Below, one piece after another: positions 1-9,100 of a stretch of 42,957 nucleotides of DNA. Within the stretch, counting starts at the first letter, position 1. Every line of letters begins with the position of its first letter. This stretch comes from a virus (taxonomy: Duplodnaviria > Caudoviricetes). Below the pieces are notes generated by a model. That model was given only the letters and a program-made list of their open reading frames with translations. It was not told the DNA's origin and searched no databases. A program made the position numbers and the translations under genes. The stretch lies in the IMG/VR virus record IMGVR_UViG_3300033076_000603, positions 1 through 42,957 of that record; one strand, given 5' to 3'.

Positions 1-2
1 GT

Positions 3-152
3 ATGACTGCTATCCCATCAAAGTATTTTGGTATTGGGCCGTACCGGGCTGAACAGATTGGGCCAGTTTGGTGGGCTGTGATGAATCGGCACGGCATCAA
101 CTGTTTGAATTTTCTGGAGAAGCCTGGTGCCGTTGTGTGGTATTTGACATGA
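3..152 (+). CDS. small hypothetical protein (49 aa, MTAIPSKYFG...)
   Basis: ORF read by hand below the ORF-track cut-off; its stop overlaps the next start (ATGA 149-152). May be 5'-truncated by the window edge. Confidence 0.5.
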   Translation: MTAIPSKYFGIGPYRAEQIGPVWWAVMNRHGINCLNFLEKPGAVVWYLT

Positions 153-553
153 AAACGACACTTAACAAAATCAGGGCGCACAGCCCTTGCGCGGATGGCT
201 GGGAGAATTTGCTCAGAAACTTAGGCAAGACCAAAGCAGACAATGAGCCTTTGTTGCTTACGACCATCCTTGCGTCCAACGGTATTGATGATGCGCTGTG
301 GTGTCTACGCGCTGTTGACGGGCACAAGCGTGAAATGCGCTTGTTTGCGGTGAATTGCGCCCGGAGTGTGCAGCACCTGATGACTGACAAACGCAGCCTT
401 GACGCATTAGATGTGGCCGAACGCTATGCCAATGGTCTGGCTACGCAAAAAGAGTTGGCTGCTGCTGCGAGGGCTGCGAGAGCTGCTGCGGGGGCTGCTG
501 AACATGAATCTCAATTAAATCTGTTTATCTTGATGTGTGGGGGAACGAAATGA
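149..553 (+). CDS. conserved phage hypothetical protein (MKTTLNKIRAHSPC... type with Ala-rich tract)
   Basis: ATG at 149 within ORF 68..553; ATGA coupling on both sides; Ala-rich repeat near the C-terminus. Confidence 0.75.
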   Translation: MKTTLNKIRAHSPCADGWENLLRNLGKTKADNEPLLLTTILASNGIDDALWCLRAVDGHKREMRLFAVNCARSVQHLMTDKRSLDALDVAERYANGLATQKELAAAARAARAAAGAAEHESQLNLFILMCGGTK

Positions 554-819
554 CAGGATTCAACTCAAAGCGCCAGATGGCGCAGACCAAGCTGGACGAT
601 GACGATGATACGCAGGTGTATGCCGACACGCTGCTGATCGTGTATCAGCGAGGTTTTGCCGACGGCAAGGGGTCAGCCCAACGCAAGCCGCTGACGGATG
701 AGATGGTGCATAAAGCAATGATTGCCCTCAATACAGCGTCATGCGGAGAGCTTCAACCCACGTTTGAAGAAATGAAAGCAGCCATTGAAGCCGCCCACAA
801 CATTAAGGAGGGAGCATGA
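550..819 (+). CDS. phage hypothetical protein
   Basis: ATGA overlap at 550-553 and 816-819; RKPLTDE motif common in small phage proteins. Confidence 0.7.
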   Translation: MTGFNSKRQMAQTKLDDDDDTQVYADTLLIVYQRGFADGKGSAQRKPLTDEMVHKAMIALNTASCGELQPTFEEMKAAIEAAHNIKEGA

Positions 820-1196
820 CTGACCTGAGACAAGCCGCAAAAGCGGTGGTAGAACGCTGGGATACGCCAGATTGGGAGTGGCGCGACCAAGGCCCGACCG
901 CTGATTTGATGGCAGACCTACGCACCGCACTTGAACAGCCAGAGCAGGAGCCGGTGGCGTGGGTTTGTTTTGGAGAACCGGGAAAACGAGACATTGACTT
1001 TGGGGAAGCCGACATTAACGAACTGCCAATAGGAACATTGCTCTACACCGCCCCACCCGCAGCACAGCGCCCGTGGCAAGGCCTAGAAGCAGAAGACCTC
1101 GCGCAAATTGAAAGCGATAAGTTTTGGCAGGTCAAAAATCACATGGCAATTGCAATGGCAGTGGAAGCCAAACTGAAAGCTAAAAATGATCACTGA
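816..1196 (+). CDS. phage hypothetical protein (EQEPVAW-type mosaic protein)
   Basis: Strong RBS AAGGAGG upstream; LEQPEQEPVAW...LYTAPP motifs. Confidence 0.75.
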   Translation: MTDLRQAAKAVVERWDTPDWEWRDQGPTADLMADLRTALEQPEQEPVAWVCFGEPGKRDIDFGEADINELPIGTLLYTAPPAAQRPWQGLEAEDLAQIESDKFWQVKNHMAIAMAVEAKLKAKNDH

Positions 1197-1365
1197 AGAC
1201 GATGAGTTCGCTCGCATTGAACAGGAGATTAAGCGTCGAAAAAATAAGCCTGCTGAAAAACTGAGCGTTGTGTATACCCTAAAATTAACCCAGAGCCAGC
1301 GTATCAAGCTATTGCAGCTTGGCGGCCCAACATGGATAAGGAATCAAATTGAACGATCTACCTAA
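1186..1365 (+). CDS. small hypothetical protein, possibly ribbon-helix-helix DNA-binding (59 aa)
   Basis: Hand-read ORF MITEDDEFARIEQEIKRRKNKPAEKLSVVYTLKLTQSQRIKLLQLGGPTWIRNQIERST; fills the gap between neighbours. Confidence 0.6.
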   Translation: MITEDDEFARIEQEIKRRKNKPAEKLSVVYTLKLTQSQRIKLLQLGGPTWIRNQIERST

Positions 1366-1543
1366 CTTCTCAGCCTGGGAACGCGCGGCACTTGATAAGT
1401 TCGCGCAAGATGCTTACGTACAACTCCAAGCTCAGCAAGAGGCATTAGAGCAATTCCGCGGGGATCTCCGAGATGCAATGACTGAGCTACGCAAATACGT
1501 GAGTGCCAGTCCGATCAATAATAAGCGCCTGACGCCGCGGTAG
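1349..1543 (+). CDS. small coiled-coil hypothetical protein
   Basis: TTG start with AAGGA RBS; helical heptad pattern; last gene of the plus-strand run. Confidence 0.6.
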   Translation: MNDLPNFSAWERAALDKFAQDAYVQLQAQQEALEQFRGDLRDAMTELRKYVSASPINNKRLTPR

Positions 1544-1915
1544 CAGTGCTGGGGTATTCGGGATACTAAGGTGTGTCCAGGCATCAAACTCCCGAATAAC
1601 CTGGTCGTAGTACAGCCCGTAACTAATCACCGCACGGACAACCTGATCTGGCGTCATCCCTGGGACACGGATATCAGCAGCACAACCTAACCTGTGTTGA
1701 CTGGTATCCTTGGAACCTACCGCGTCGTTAACCTGCTTAGACCTATACGCCGAGTTCACCATAATCGGTTTGCCGCCGAGCTTAGTCTTAACAAGTTCTA
1801 AAAACAGCGCCAGCCGCGTTAGGTTAGCAATCTCCGCAGCGTTTGGAGTGTTGTCAAACTGGCGATGCTCTGTAACTGTCAGCTCAGCTAAAGTAAAGTG
1901 CGGCGAGAGATTCAT
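1487..1915 (-). CDS. endolysin, peptidase M15A (zinc D-Ala-D-Ala peptidase fold)
   Basis: LSPHFTLAE N-terminus, SAYRS, SQHRLGCAAD and WTHLS zinc-ligand motifs. Confidence 0.9.
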   Translation of the reverse strand: MNLSPHFTLAELTVTEHRQFDNTPNAAEIANLTRLALFLELVKTKLGGKPIMVNSAYRSKQVNDAVGSKDTSQHRLGCAADIRVPGMTPDQVVRAVISYGLYYDQVIREFDAWTHLSIPNTPALLPRRQALIIDRTGTHVFA

Positions 1916-2082
1916 TTATCCGGTGTTGCAACGCCAACTAAACCTGCTAAAGCTAGACCGACGGTAATAATAGCGTCAGCTAACTGGGGGGCTACTGGAA
2001 TACCAATAGCGGTCAATAGAAGCAACAGGCCGCGCCAGCTGGATGGTTCTTTAGCGCGCTCAAGAATGTAATTTTTCATCAT
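1912..2082 (-). CDS. putative holin (56 aa, two hydrophobic segments)
   Basis: MMKNYILERAKEPSSWRGLLLLLTAIG...AIITVGLALAGLVGVA; adjacent to the endolysin; ATGA overlaps on both sides. Confidence 0.7.
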   Translation of the reverse strand: MMKNYILERAKEPSSWRGLLLLLTAIGIPVAPQLADAIITVGLALAGLVGVATPDK

Positions 2083-2333
2083 TTTTTCCAGAATTGAACA
2101 AACGAAAACACCACCGCAGCCGCCGCCCAAATGCCGACGCCACGGTTTACCCACTGGTCAACCTTACGATCAACCCGCTGCAACATAGCATCCTGCACAC
2201 TTAGCTGCGCCTCAACCGCGCCGATGCGAGCGCCTTGATTAGCTTGACGTTCCTCAATCAAAATCAACTTGCCAACTGCATCAGTCAGTTTATCGACCTT
2301 GCTTTCCAGACGCCGGAAGTCATCGTCTGTCAT
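2079..2333 (-). CDS. coiled-coil protein with C-terminal membrane anchor (XhlA/holin-like lysis accessory)
   Basis: N-terminal coiled coil, C-terminal hydrophobic GVGIWAAAAVVFSFV, located in the lysis cassette. Confidence 0.55.
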   Translation of the reverse strand: MTDDDFRRLESKVDKLTDAVGKLILIEERQANQGARIGAVEAQLSVQDAMLQRVDRKVDQWVNRGVGIWAAAAVVFSFVQFWKK

Positions 2334-2671
2334 ATCCCGCCGCCTTGCGTTACATAGACTGTCGCCGTGCTGGAAGCAGACAAGCCGGTAAAGTAAAGAT
2401 TTGGAGCAAAGCGAAGAATCTCAACCGCCCCCGGCAGCAGGGGAATTGAAGTCGCCAGCGTACTAGCTGCTGTAATCGCCAGCGCACTGGACGTTCCAAC
2501 GCCTAGGAACACTGTAACCGCGCCCGAGTTAACTACGCGGTACGAGCCTGTTGAAGTTTCTCCTGTATTAGTCGTAGCTTGCGCAGCCGTGGGTGGCGTA
2601 GGCGTAGCTGCAAGGAATGATACAGTCGGCCCAAGGGGAGCAAAAGCAATTGCTTCAGGTGTAGTAAGCAT
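2330..2671 (-). CDS. hypothetical virion-associated beta-rich protein
   Basis: Thr/Ala/Ser-rich ORF in the late operon. Confidence 0.55.
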   Translation of the reverse strand: MLTTPEAIAFAPLGPTVSFLAATPTPPTAAQATTNTGETSTGSYRVVNSGAVTVFLGVGTSSALAITAASTLATSIPLLPGAVEILRFAPNLYFTGLSASSTATVYVTQGGGI

Positions 2672-2686
2672 AGTAGTCTTTCAAGG

Positions 2687-2944
2687 TTATTCAGCGGCTC
2701 GTGCCTCGATTTCATAGGGGTTCATTTTATAGCCATAGCACAGCATCCACCAGGTGTACTTGATGGCGTACAGCACCTTGCCATCCCGCCGCATCTGTTC
2801 CAAGTGCGTCATTTCATGCCTAATTAAGGCGTTGTTTAACTCATAGCCCGGAGCCATGTAGATCACGTTCCAAAAGCTAGTCCAGCCCTGAAAACCACAG
2901 GCTTTCATGTAGAGCAGGATTGGGCCAGAGGCGGTGCGAATCAT
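2687..2944 (-). CDS. small HExxH metallopeptidase-like protein (DUF4157-like)
   Basis: LIRHEMTHLEQ followed by NPYEIEAR. Confidence 0.65.
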   Translation of the reverse strand: MIRTASGPILLYMKACGFQGWTSFWNVIYMAPGYELNNALIRHEMTHLEQMRRDGKVLYAIKYTWWMLCYGYKMNPYEIEARAAE

Positions 2945-4212
2945 AAATTAGCCATTGCTACCCAAGTACCGGGAGTGCCACTTACTGTACACATCCATCC
3001 AGTAGGCTGACCAATTGTTGCCAAAAGGTTGTAACAAATATCCCCTTGCTTCCAAGCAACAATTTGATTTCCTGTTCTGGTAGAAGGTAAATCACCCCAG
3101 TGTAATTTATTATCCCCAAGACGTATGAAATGCTGACTTGGATGAACAGAAGCGCCGTTAGCACTACCAAAACCAACGCCCACTTCAAACTTTAACCCGT
3201 AAGTTCCAATAGGATTACCGTCAATTAAACTTGCATTGTGGTATGTTGTCCAAGCTACGTTTCCAGCAGCAATTTCATTTCCGCTGGTTAAAACCTGAAT
3301 CGTTTTATAGTAGGTTTCTTTGTATTGAAACCCTCCGCCAATTTGTTGATTTTTATACCAATCAACACCTAAACCATTTGTTGCTTGTGATCTAGCTGGA
3401 ACACCATTAGCAGCAATTACTCGGCCATTAAAAGTGCTACTAATAGCATAGTCTGCAGTATTGTCTTCCATGTCGGTTTCGAAAACACCGCCAAAAGAAC
3501 CATTTTCTACAACAATACCTGTTGCAAAGGACTCAATAGTCCCTCCATACATACAAGTTCCAATACCATTAGTACCTGCATCCATGTATATGCCAACACT
3601 ACCAGCAACTACTCCTCCCGACTTACCAACAAGCCAAAGGTTGTACATGGACACTGTTGTCCAAGTTGTAGCGTTTGATAACGGCGTTGGCCCTTTCATA
3701 CGGACACCGTATTTAAAGCCAAGAGCATATACTGTTCTAATTTCTAATCCACCAGAGAATCCTGATGTTTCGTTCAGATAGATGCCTGACCCTGTTGTTG
3801 TCGCAAGATACGCTCCTTGGACTTGTAAATAAACATTGGAAATCGCACAATTTAAACTTGAGTTTCCAACTTCAATTCCATTTCCTGTAGCATTGTTTAC
3901 ATAAATTCCAAAATTATCAAGAACCCCACCCCAACCAGAACACAGAATTGCAGAACCAGTAGCAAAAGAATCAATGTTTGTTTCGTAACGCCCTGCCCCA
4001 TACACTTTAATACTGGTTGAAGCAATGTTCAATGTGCTGGTAATCTTATAAGTTCCAGAAGGAATATACAAATCTCTGCCAGCAGAAATAGCCGCAGTAA
4101 TCGCTGCTTGAAGTTTAGTTGTTTCATCCGATCCGTCACCAGTAGCGCCATAGTCATAAGCGTTTATAGGCGCTTTTTGAATCATGGAATAAGAAACTTT
4201 TGTAAGCGACAT
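2941..4212 (-). CDS. tailspike / pectate-lyase-superfamily beta-helix receptor-binding protein
   Basis: YGATGDGSDETTKLQAAI...LYIPSGTYKI motif; Gly/Asn-rich beta-helix; C-terminal WKQGDI...GWMCTVSGTPGTW. Confidence 0.85.
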   Translation of the reverse strand: MSLTKVSYSMIQKAPINAYDYGATGDGSDETTKLQAAITAAISAGRDLYIPSGTYKITSTLNIASTSIKVYGAGRYETNIDSFATGSAILCSGWGGVLDNFGIYVNNATGNGIEVGNSSLNCAISNVYLQVQGAYLATTTGSGIYLNETSGFSGGLEIRTVYALGFKYGVRMKGPTPLSNATTWTTVSMYNLWLVGKSGGVVAGSVGIYMDAGTNGIGTCMYGGTIESFATGIVVENGSFGGVFETDMEDNTADYAISSTFNGRVIAANGVPARSQATNGLGVDWYKNQQIGGGFQYKETYYKTIQVLTSGNEIAAGNVAWTTYHNASLIDGNPIGTYGLKFEVGVGFGSANGASVHPSQHFIRLGDNKLHWGDLPSTRTGNQIVAWKQGDICYNLLATIGQPTGWMCTVSGTPGTWVAMANL

Positions 4213-4221
4213 TTTGTTTCC

Positions 4222-4710
4222 TTAGGCTACCTTAAAAAATCCAGTTATAACAATAGCAGTACCCGCAGCTGCAGTCGGAGGATAAATGATAGTTAAATCT
4301 CCCAATCCTATACCATATGTTGCCCCGCTTGAATAATCAGCGGCAGAACACATACTTCGCTTAATTGCTGTCATTGGTAATGTTAAAGTTGAAGTAAGGT
4401 ACGTTATGCCAATAGACGTTGAAGTAGTTATTTGAATTTCCCACAACACACGATTTCCAATCCGAGTGTACGTTCCAACATAAGTATTCGTACCTGTTAT
4501 GCTTGTTGCCGTAGGCGTCCAATTTCCTTCTTCATACACATTTAACAACTGGCTAGTCATCCCCGCTGCGGGAGTGTTGGCGGTGAAATTGACGCCTTTG
4601 GCTGCTGTGCCGGGGATTAGGTTGCCTGTGGATAGGGTAACGTCACCGGGCAATGAAATCGGCGTTGCAATCTGGCTGGCGTTGATGACTGAATTTGCTA
4701 CTTTTAACAT
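4222..4710 (-). CDS. tail fibre-associated protein
   Basis: LNVYEEGNWTP...GTYTRIGNRV motif typical of phage fibre proteins. Confidence 0.7.
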   Translation of the reverse strand: MLKVANSVINASQIATPISLPGDVTLSTGNLIPGTAAKGVNFTANTPAAGMTSQLLNVYEEGNWTPTATSITGTNTYVGTYTRIGNRVLWEIQITTSTSIGITYLTSTLTLPMTAIKRSMCSAADYSSGATYGIGLGDLTIIYPPTAAAGTAIVITGFFKVA

Positions 4711-4718
4711 GGCGATTC

Positions 4719-4994
4719 CTAGTTGTAAACAACTTCAATAATGGATGTGTAGGGCGGAGCCTGACTAAACGTAATACTAGCAGTCGTCGTTGTATAAGTA
4801 TTTATATTCTGATAAACGCCGTTAATATAGACAGATCTTGCAGCTCCTGAAATTGCAAAGACTGTTGTAGTCCCATCTCCCGTTAGATTATTAACCGGCC
4901 CATAGGTATGATTGTTAACTCCATTCAGCCAGTCCGCCATAACGCGGTTGCCAGACGATACGTCATTATCTATAAACGGTACATGATACGGCAT
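4719..4994 (-). CDS. small tail/fibre adaptor domain protein
   Basis: GDGTTTVF...VYINGVYQ...ITFSQAPP motif of fibre N-terminal modules. Confidence 0.6.
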   Translation of the reverse strand: MPYHVPFIDNDVSSGNRVMADWLNGVNNHTYGPVNNLTGDGTTTVFAISGAARSVYINGVYQNINTYTTTTASITFSQAPPYTSIIEVVYN

Positions 4995-5002
4995 AAAATT
5001 CC

Positions 5003-5329
5003 TTAAATATCTGACTCTGGATTATACGCAGTACTCAACCACCCCGGCACTATACACCCAGGTTCCATTTGCCCTGGCACTGCACTCTGTCCATTCGGCG
5101 TGCACATAAGCCCAAACACATTCGCTGGCATTGGCTGCGCCCAAGGCGGTGTTTGCACATCCGGGACGCTCCGTACAAAGTCCTGCGGTTGCCGAGTCTC
5201 CCAGTGCTCGGGGCAAACATAGTACCCTTGCCAATGCCGCATAAGCATACTGGCTTTCCGCTTCCTCCCGCACTGGTAGCATACCGCATTCCAGTCACCG
5301 AGGTCAAGAAAGTCTGCGCGACCGACCAT
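5003..5329 (-). CDS. conserved phage protein with Cys motif
   Basis: WNAVCYQCGRK...VCPEHWETRQPQDFVR pattern seen in podovirus structural regions. Confidence 0.7.
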   Translation of the reverse strand: MVGRADFLDLGDWNAVCYQCGRKRKASMLMRHWQGYYVCPEHWETRQPQDFVRSVPDVQTPPWAQPMPANVFGLMCTPNGQSAVPGQMEPGCIVPGWLSTAYNPESDI

Positions 5330-6099
5330 CAGTCTTGCCTCTTATAAATACTGTTGTAGTGTTTATAAAACTCTGCGTTAGCTGGATGGTTACGCAGGTC
5401 AAACGCACGCATAACTTTTTCGACGTAAGCTTTAGAGTCCGCTGGAACTCGCTTTCCATCTATAATTTCCGTTGCTTTGCCCTTGCCGTTGTACTTTTCT
5501 ATCGCGCCAGCAAGACTAACGTCTCCTTTAGCTGCTCGGACTTTTGCAGCTTCTCCGAGATACACTGCCGCCAGCTTAGGCACATCCGCAAATTCTAGGT
5601 CTTGGCCCGCAATATAGTGCGGATACATTTTGCCGTCTTTACCTTGCACATCCACGACAATAAAGTCTTTGCCTTCTCGCAAGTTCATCTTTGCAAGAGC
5701 GTCTTTAGTCCGCTGAGAAGCATACAGGGCGTTGTCGGTAGTCCCCATCTTCACGCCCATGTTAGGCCCCCAGCCTTCCGTCATAGCTATTGCTGGAAAG
5801 TACTGACCAAGCTCTTTTGTCAGCACGCCGGTCTTTTCTGCAAGCTGCTGAGCGCTGGCAATAGAAGCTGCTCCACCTCGATCAATGCTGCGCTCGGGCG
5901 CTTTAGGTTTACGCGGATCTAGATAACTGAGATTAGGCACAAAGCTTAAAGGTTCATCCGGATCATACCCTAGGCTAGGTTTCTGCCGCATGGGTTGGAT
6001 AGGCGATTCAGTTTTCTGCAGCGTGTCTGTCCGCTGCTCAGGCGACATAGCACCCCAGCTGCTCAGCATCTGCTGTAAACTATCAATCCACCCAGCCAT
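5329..6099 (-). CDS. putative lytic transglycosylase-like (lysozyme fold) protein
   Basis: ATG 6099 with GAAAGG RBS; ordered motifs AIAMTE, LAAVYL, AIEKYNG and YVEKV match the SLT pattern; central motif is divergent. Confidence 0.55.
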   Translation of the reverse strand: MAGWIDSLQQMLSSWGAMSPEQRTDTLQKTESPIQPMRQKPSLGYDPDEPLSFVPNLSYLDPRKPKAPERSIDRGGAASIASAQQLAEKTGVLTKELGQYFPAIAMTEGWGPNMGVKMGTTDNALYASQRTKDALAKMNLREGKDFIVVDVQGKDGKMYPHYIAGQDLEFADVPKLAAVYLGEAAKVRAAKGDVSLAGAIEKYNGKGKATEIIDGKRVPADSKAYVEKVMRAFDLRNHPANAEFYKHYNSIYKRQD

Positions 6100-6143
6100 G
6101 GCTGTGCCTTTCAATGCTACTTAAAACCACCGCATACAATCTG

Positions 6144-6171
6144 TTAGACCCGAGACTGTTACTTTAGTTCC
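6144..6171 (-). promoter_or_regulatory. sigmaE/ECF-type promoter P1 (GGAACT-N16-GTCTAA)
   Basis: Minus strand GGAACTaaagtaacagtctcggGTCTAA; intergenic; points into the SLT/tail/lysis genes. Confidence 0.85.
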
Positions 6172-6179
6172 ATTTATTT

Positions 6180-9100
6180 TCAAGGTAATGCTTGCATAGC
6201 CTCGTTGCGTTTGCGCTTGATCGCCTCGGCCTTGCGTAGACGTTCGGCCTTTAATGCAGGGGACGCTTCCTCCAAGCGGTCGCGTTCCTTGCGCTTGGCT
6301 TGGACTAGCTCCGCCCACTTCCGCGCCTCGTTGCCGCCGAACTCCCGGTCGTACAGTGGCCGGCCTACGCCAGGAATGTACTTAATCAACCGCTCTGGTT
6401 TGTCTAGATCGCTGAGCATACTCAAGCTTGGCGGTGTAACAGCTCCCACGGCGAATTCTTTAATCCCCTTGGCTAGCGTTTCTCTGTTAATCTTCCCCAT
6501 CGTATAGTGATTGATGCCAAAGTTCTGCAACAGATTCTCCACGTAGTCAATCTTATCTAAATTAACTGGCCGGTTAGAGAGCATATCTTTAACAATATCT
6601 CCCGGAATATTAGCAAGAGACATTGCAGCTGCCAGCCCAACCAGATTCCGAGCACCCTTAACATAGTTACCTTTTGCAATCTCTTGATACGCATCACGCC
6701 GAACTACATCAATCTGCTTTAGCATATACGTTTTCATCTGATACAAGATCCGCCCATTTGGACGGTCAAGATATGCTTGTGGTACTTCTAGTTTTGTGAT
6801 TGGTTGAGCATTTGACAACTCGCTGAAGAGTAAACTTTTAACTGGCTCACTCATCCGCTTCGCCGCAAGATCTGCCAGCAACTGCGGAAACTCCGCGCCA
6901 AAGGCTTCTCCCCAACGCTCTGCAAGTACCGCCTGCCCTTTCGCCGTTTGCGCTAACTTTTGATTCTTAATCAATCCAGCTTGCAAATTCAACCCTTTAG
7001 CAAACTGATCAATGGCGGAAAATCCAGTGTACTTAAACAAAGTCTGTAACGCCTTACCAGTAATACGTGTACTGCCCATTTCCTCTGCAATGTGATTAAC
7101 GAGTCCGAATTCTTTTGGCGTGATCTGGGAGGATCCTGTCAGCTTCATTCGCAGCGCGCCAAGCGTAGGCATTAAACCGTGGTGATACGCAGTCATTAGT
7201 GAATCGCCAATCTGCGTAGCTGCGGAAGCAAAGTTACCTAGCAATCCTATGTTAGTTGCATTTCGTACATCTTGCAGAAATCCGCCCATCTGCTGCTCGC
7301 CTTGCTTAAAGCGAGACTCAAGTATGCTTTTAATTGCAAGTTGCTGGTCAGCCGAAAGCGCTCCGGACTTCATCTCACTCTGGATAAGATTACCAATCGA
7401 GTCATCTACGTGCGTAGCCATTTGCCCGTTTGCTAGTTTCTTAGACGCAAGATCTTTACCGAAGAACTTAGCTACTTCCGCATCTTCAACCGCACCTACG
7501 ATATATCGCAACAAAGATTCCGTAGGCGTCATGTAAAATTGCGCTAGGTCTGCCGTAACATCCACCCCACGCGCCTTAGCAAACCCAGGCAAGCTTGCAT
7601 TAGGAGCAGAAGCTAGCAGCGAGCGATTAACAACAAGTGAACGCTCAACATCGGTTAGCCCTCTCCCGCGCGCTTTAATCATATCCGCTTCAGCTTTCGC
7701 CAAAGAATTTTCCAGCTGCGTGCGCATCGGCAAGCTTAACGCTTCCTTAAGCCCTTCTAGGTCTTTAACCACCCGCGGAAAGTAATCGTTAACTCCGGCG
7801 GCAAAGCGGCCTAAACCGATCTGCTCCGCCCGGAATGCTTCAAGAAGATTTTGCACCTGCCGATACCCGGCTACCAGTACAGGATTGCCTTTAATTGCCG
7901 CTGCAATTTCGCCCGGGTCATTTCGCAGTAACGCTAGATTTAACGCATCAGCTGCTGCTGTGGGTAGTTTTTTAATCCCCTTGATAAAAGGTGTAACTGC
8001 GTCCAGTGCTTTATCTGTCCGTTCCATTACAAATCGCTCGTAGTCTCTTGCGCGCCGCAGCAACGGCTGGGATATACCGCCTAGATTAGTTGAGACTAAC
8101 CCTAGCGTATACTCAAGACCTTTTCCCGGCTTACCCTTCGCCATAGCCCCAAACCCGGCTACGCCAATAGCCCCTAGCACTCCACCGCGGATAGGATTGT
8201 CAGAGTCCAGATACGTCCCCAGAGCCACCCCGCTGCCTAACGCACCCAGAGCAATTACCGCATCTGTATCAATCTTTCCCCCTTGGGTACGGTACTGCCG
8301 CAGGCTCTGCCCCAGCGCATCCTTTGCCCGGCTGACGCGGGAACGCACAGTTCCAATAGGAATACCAAAGCGATCCGCGGCCTCCTGATACGACAGGCCT
8401 TCCATCTCTATAGCTTCAAACAACGCTCGAGAGTCTTCTGGCAGTTTATCCAGTGCCTTTTGCATTTGCTGAGCAAGCTGGTTATTAGCTGTCACATCTT
8501 CTGCGCTTTGGTAGCGTTCAGGATTCTGCTCCATCATGTACTTTTCAGGAACAGCTGTCGTGCCTTCCGCGTCTACGGTCATGGAGTCAGTAGCTGGTCG
8601 GCGGCTAGCGGCGGCAAAGGAGTTCTTAACCTCATTCGACGCAACTCCGTGGAGAAATGTAGACAGCTTAGCTTCTCCGCGAAAACCGCCTGGATCATCG
8701 GGGGATTGCTTCAGCGCCTTAAACACCTTCTCGTAAACCCGCTGACTAATATCCTGGATGCCTGCCTCATCCAGCTGCCGGTTCATGTTGCCGATTGTCC
8801 GGCCTAGCTGCCTGTTCGTATTCTCCCAGATTTGCGCAGCTGCGGCCTCCCCTTCCCGGCCACCCGCGCGGAAGGTTTCAATTAACTTCCCTTCGGGTAG
8901 GTCGGCAAACTTACCCCCGCGCGAGGCAATGACTCCAGCGCCCAGGGCAGTTGCTAGGGTAGCTAGTTTGTCGGGGTCAGGATCACTGGCAAGGTAGGCT
9001 GCCGCGGCTGCTCCGCCGGCGATTAGGGCGAGTTGCTCGGGCTTGGCGGAGCCTTGCTGTTTTGTGGCGTCCCAAGTATATTTTGGATCAATCTCACCTC

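Noticed and set aside
458-500. GCTGCTGCG-type repeats
   Set aside because: Explained by the in-frame Ala-rich tract of the encoded protein.
2077-2082. Met-Met start of the holin as a lambda-like dual-start motif
   Set aside because: There is no charged residue between the two Met codons, which the holin/antiholin mechanism needs.
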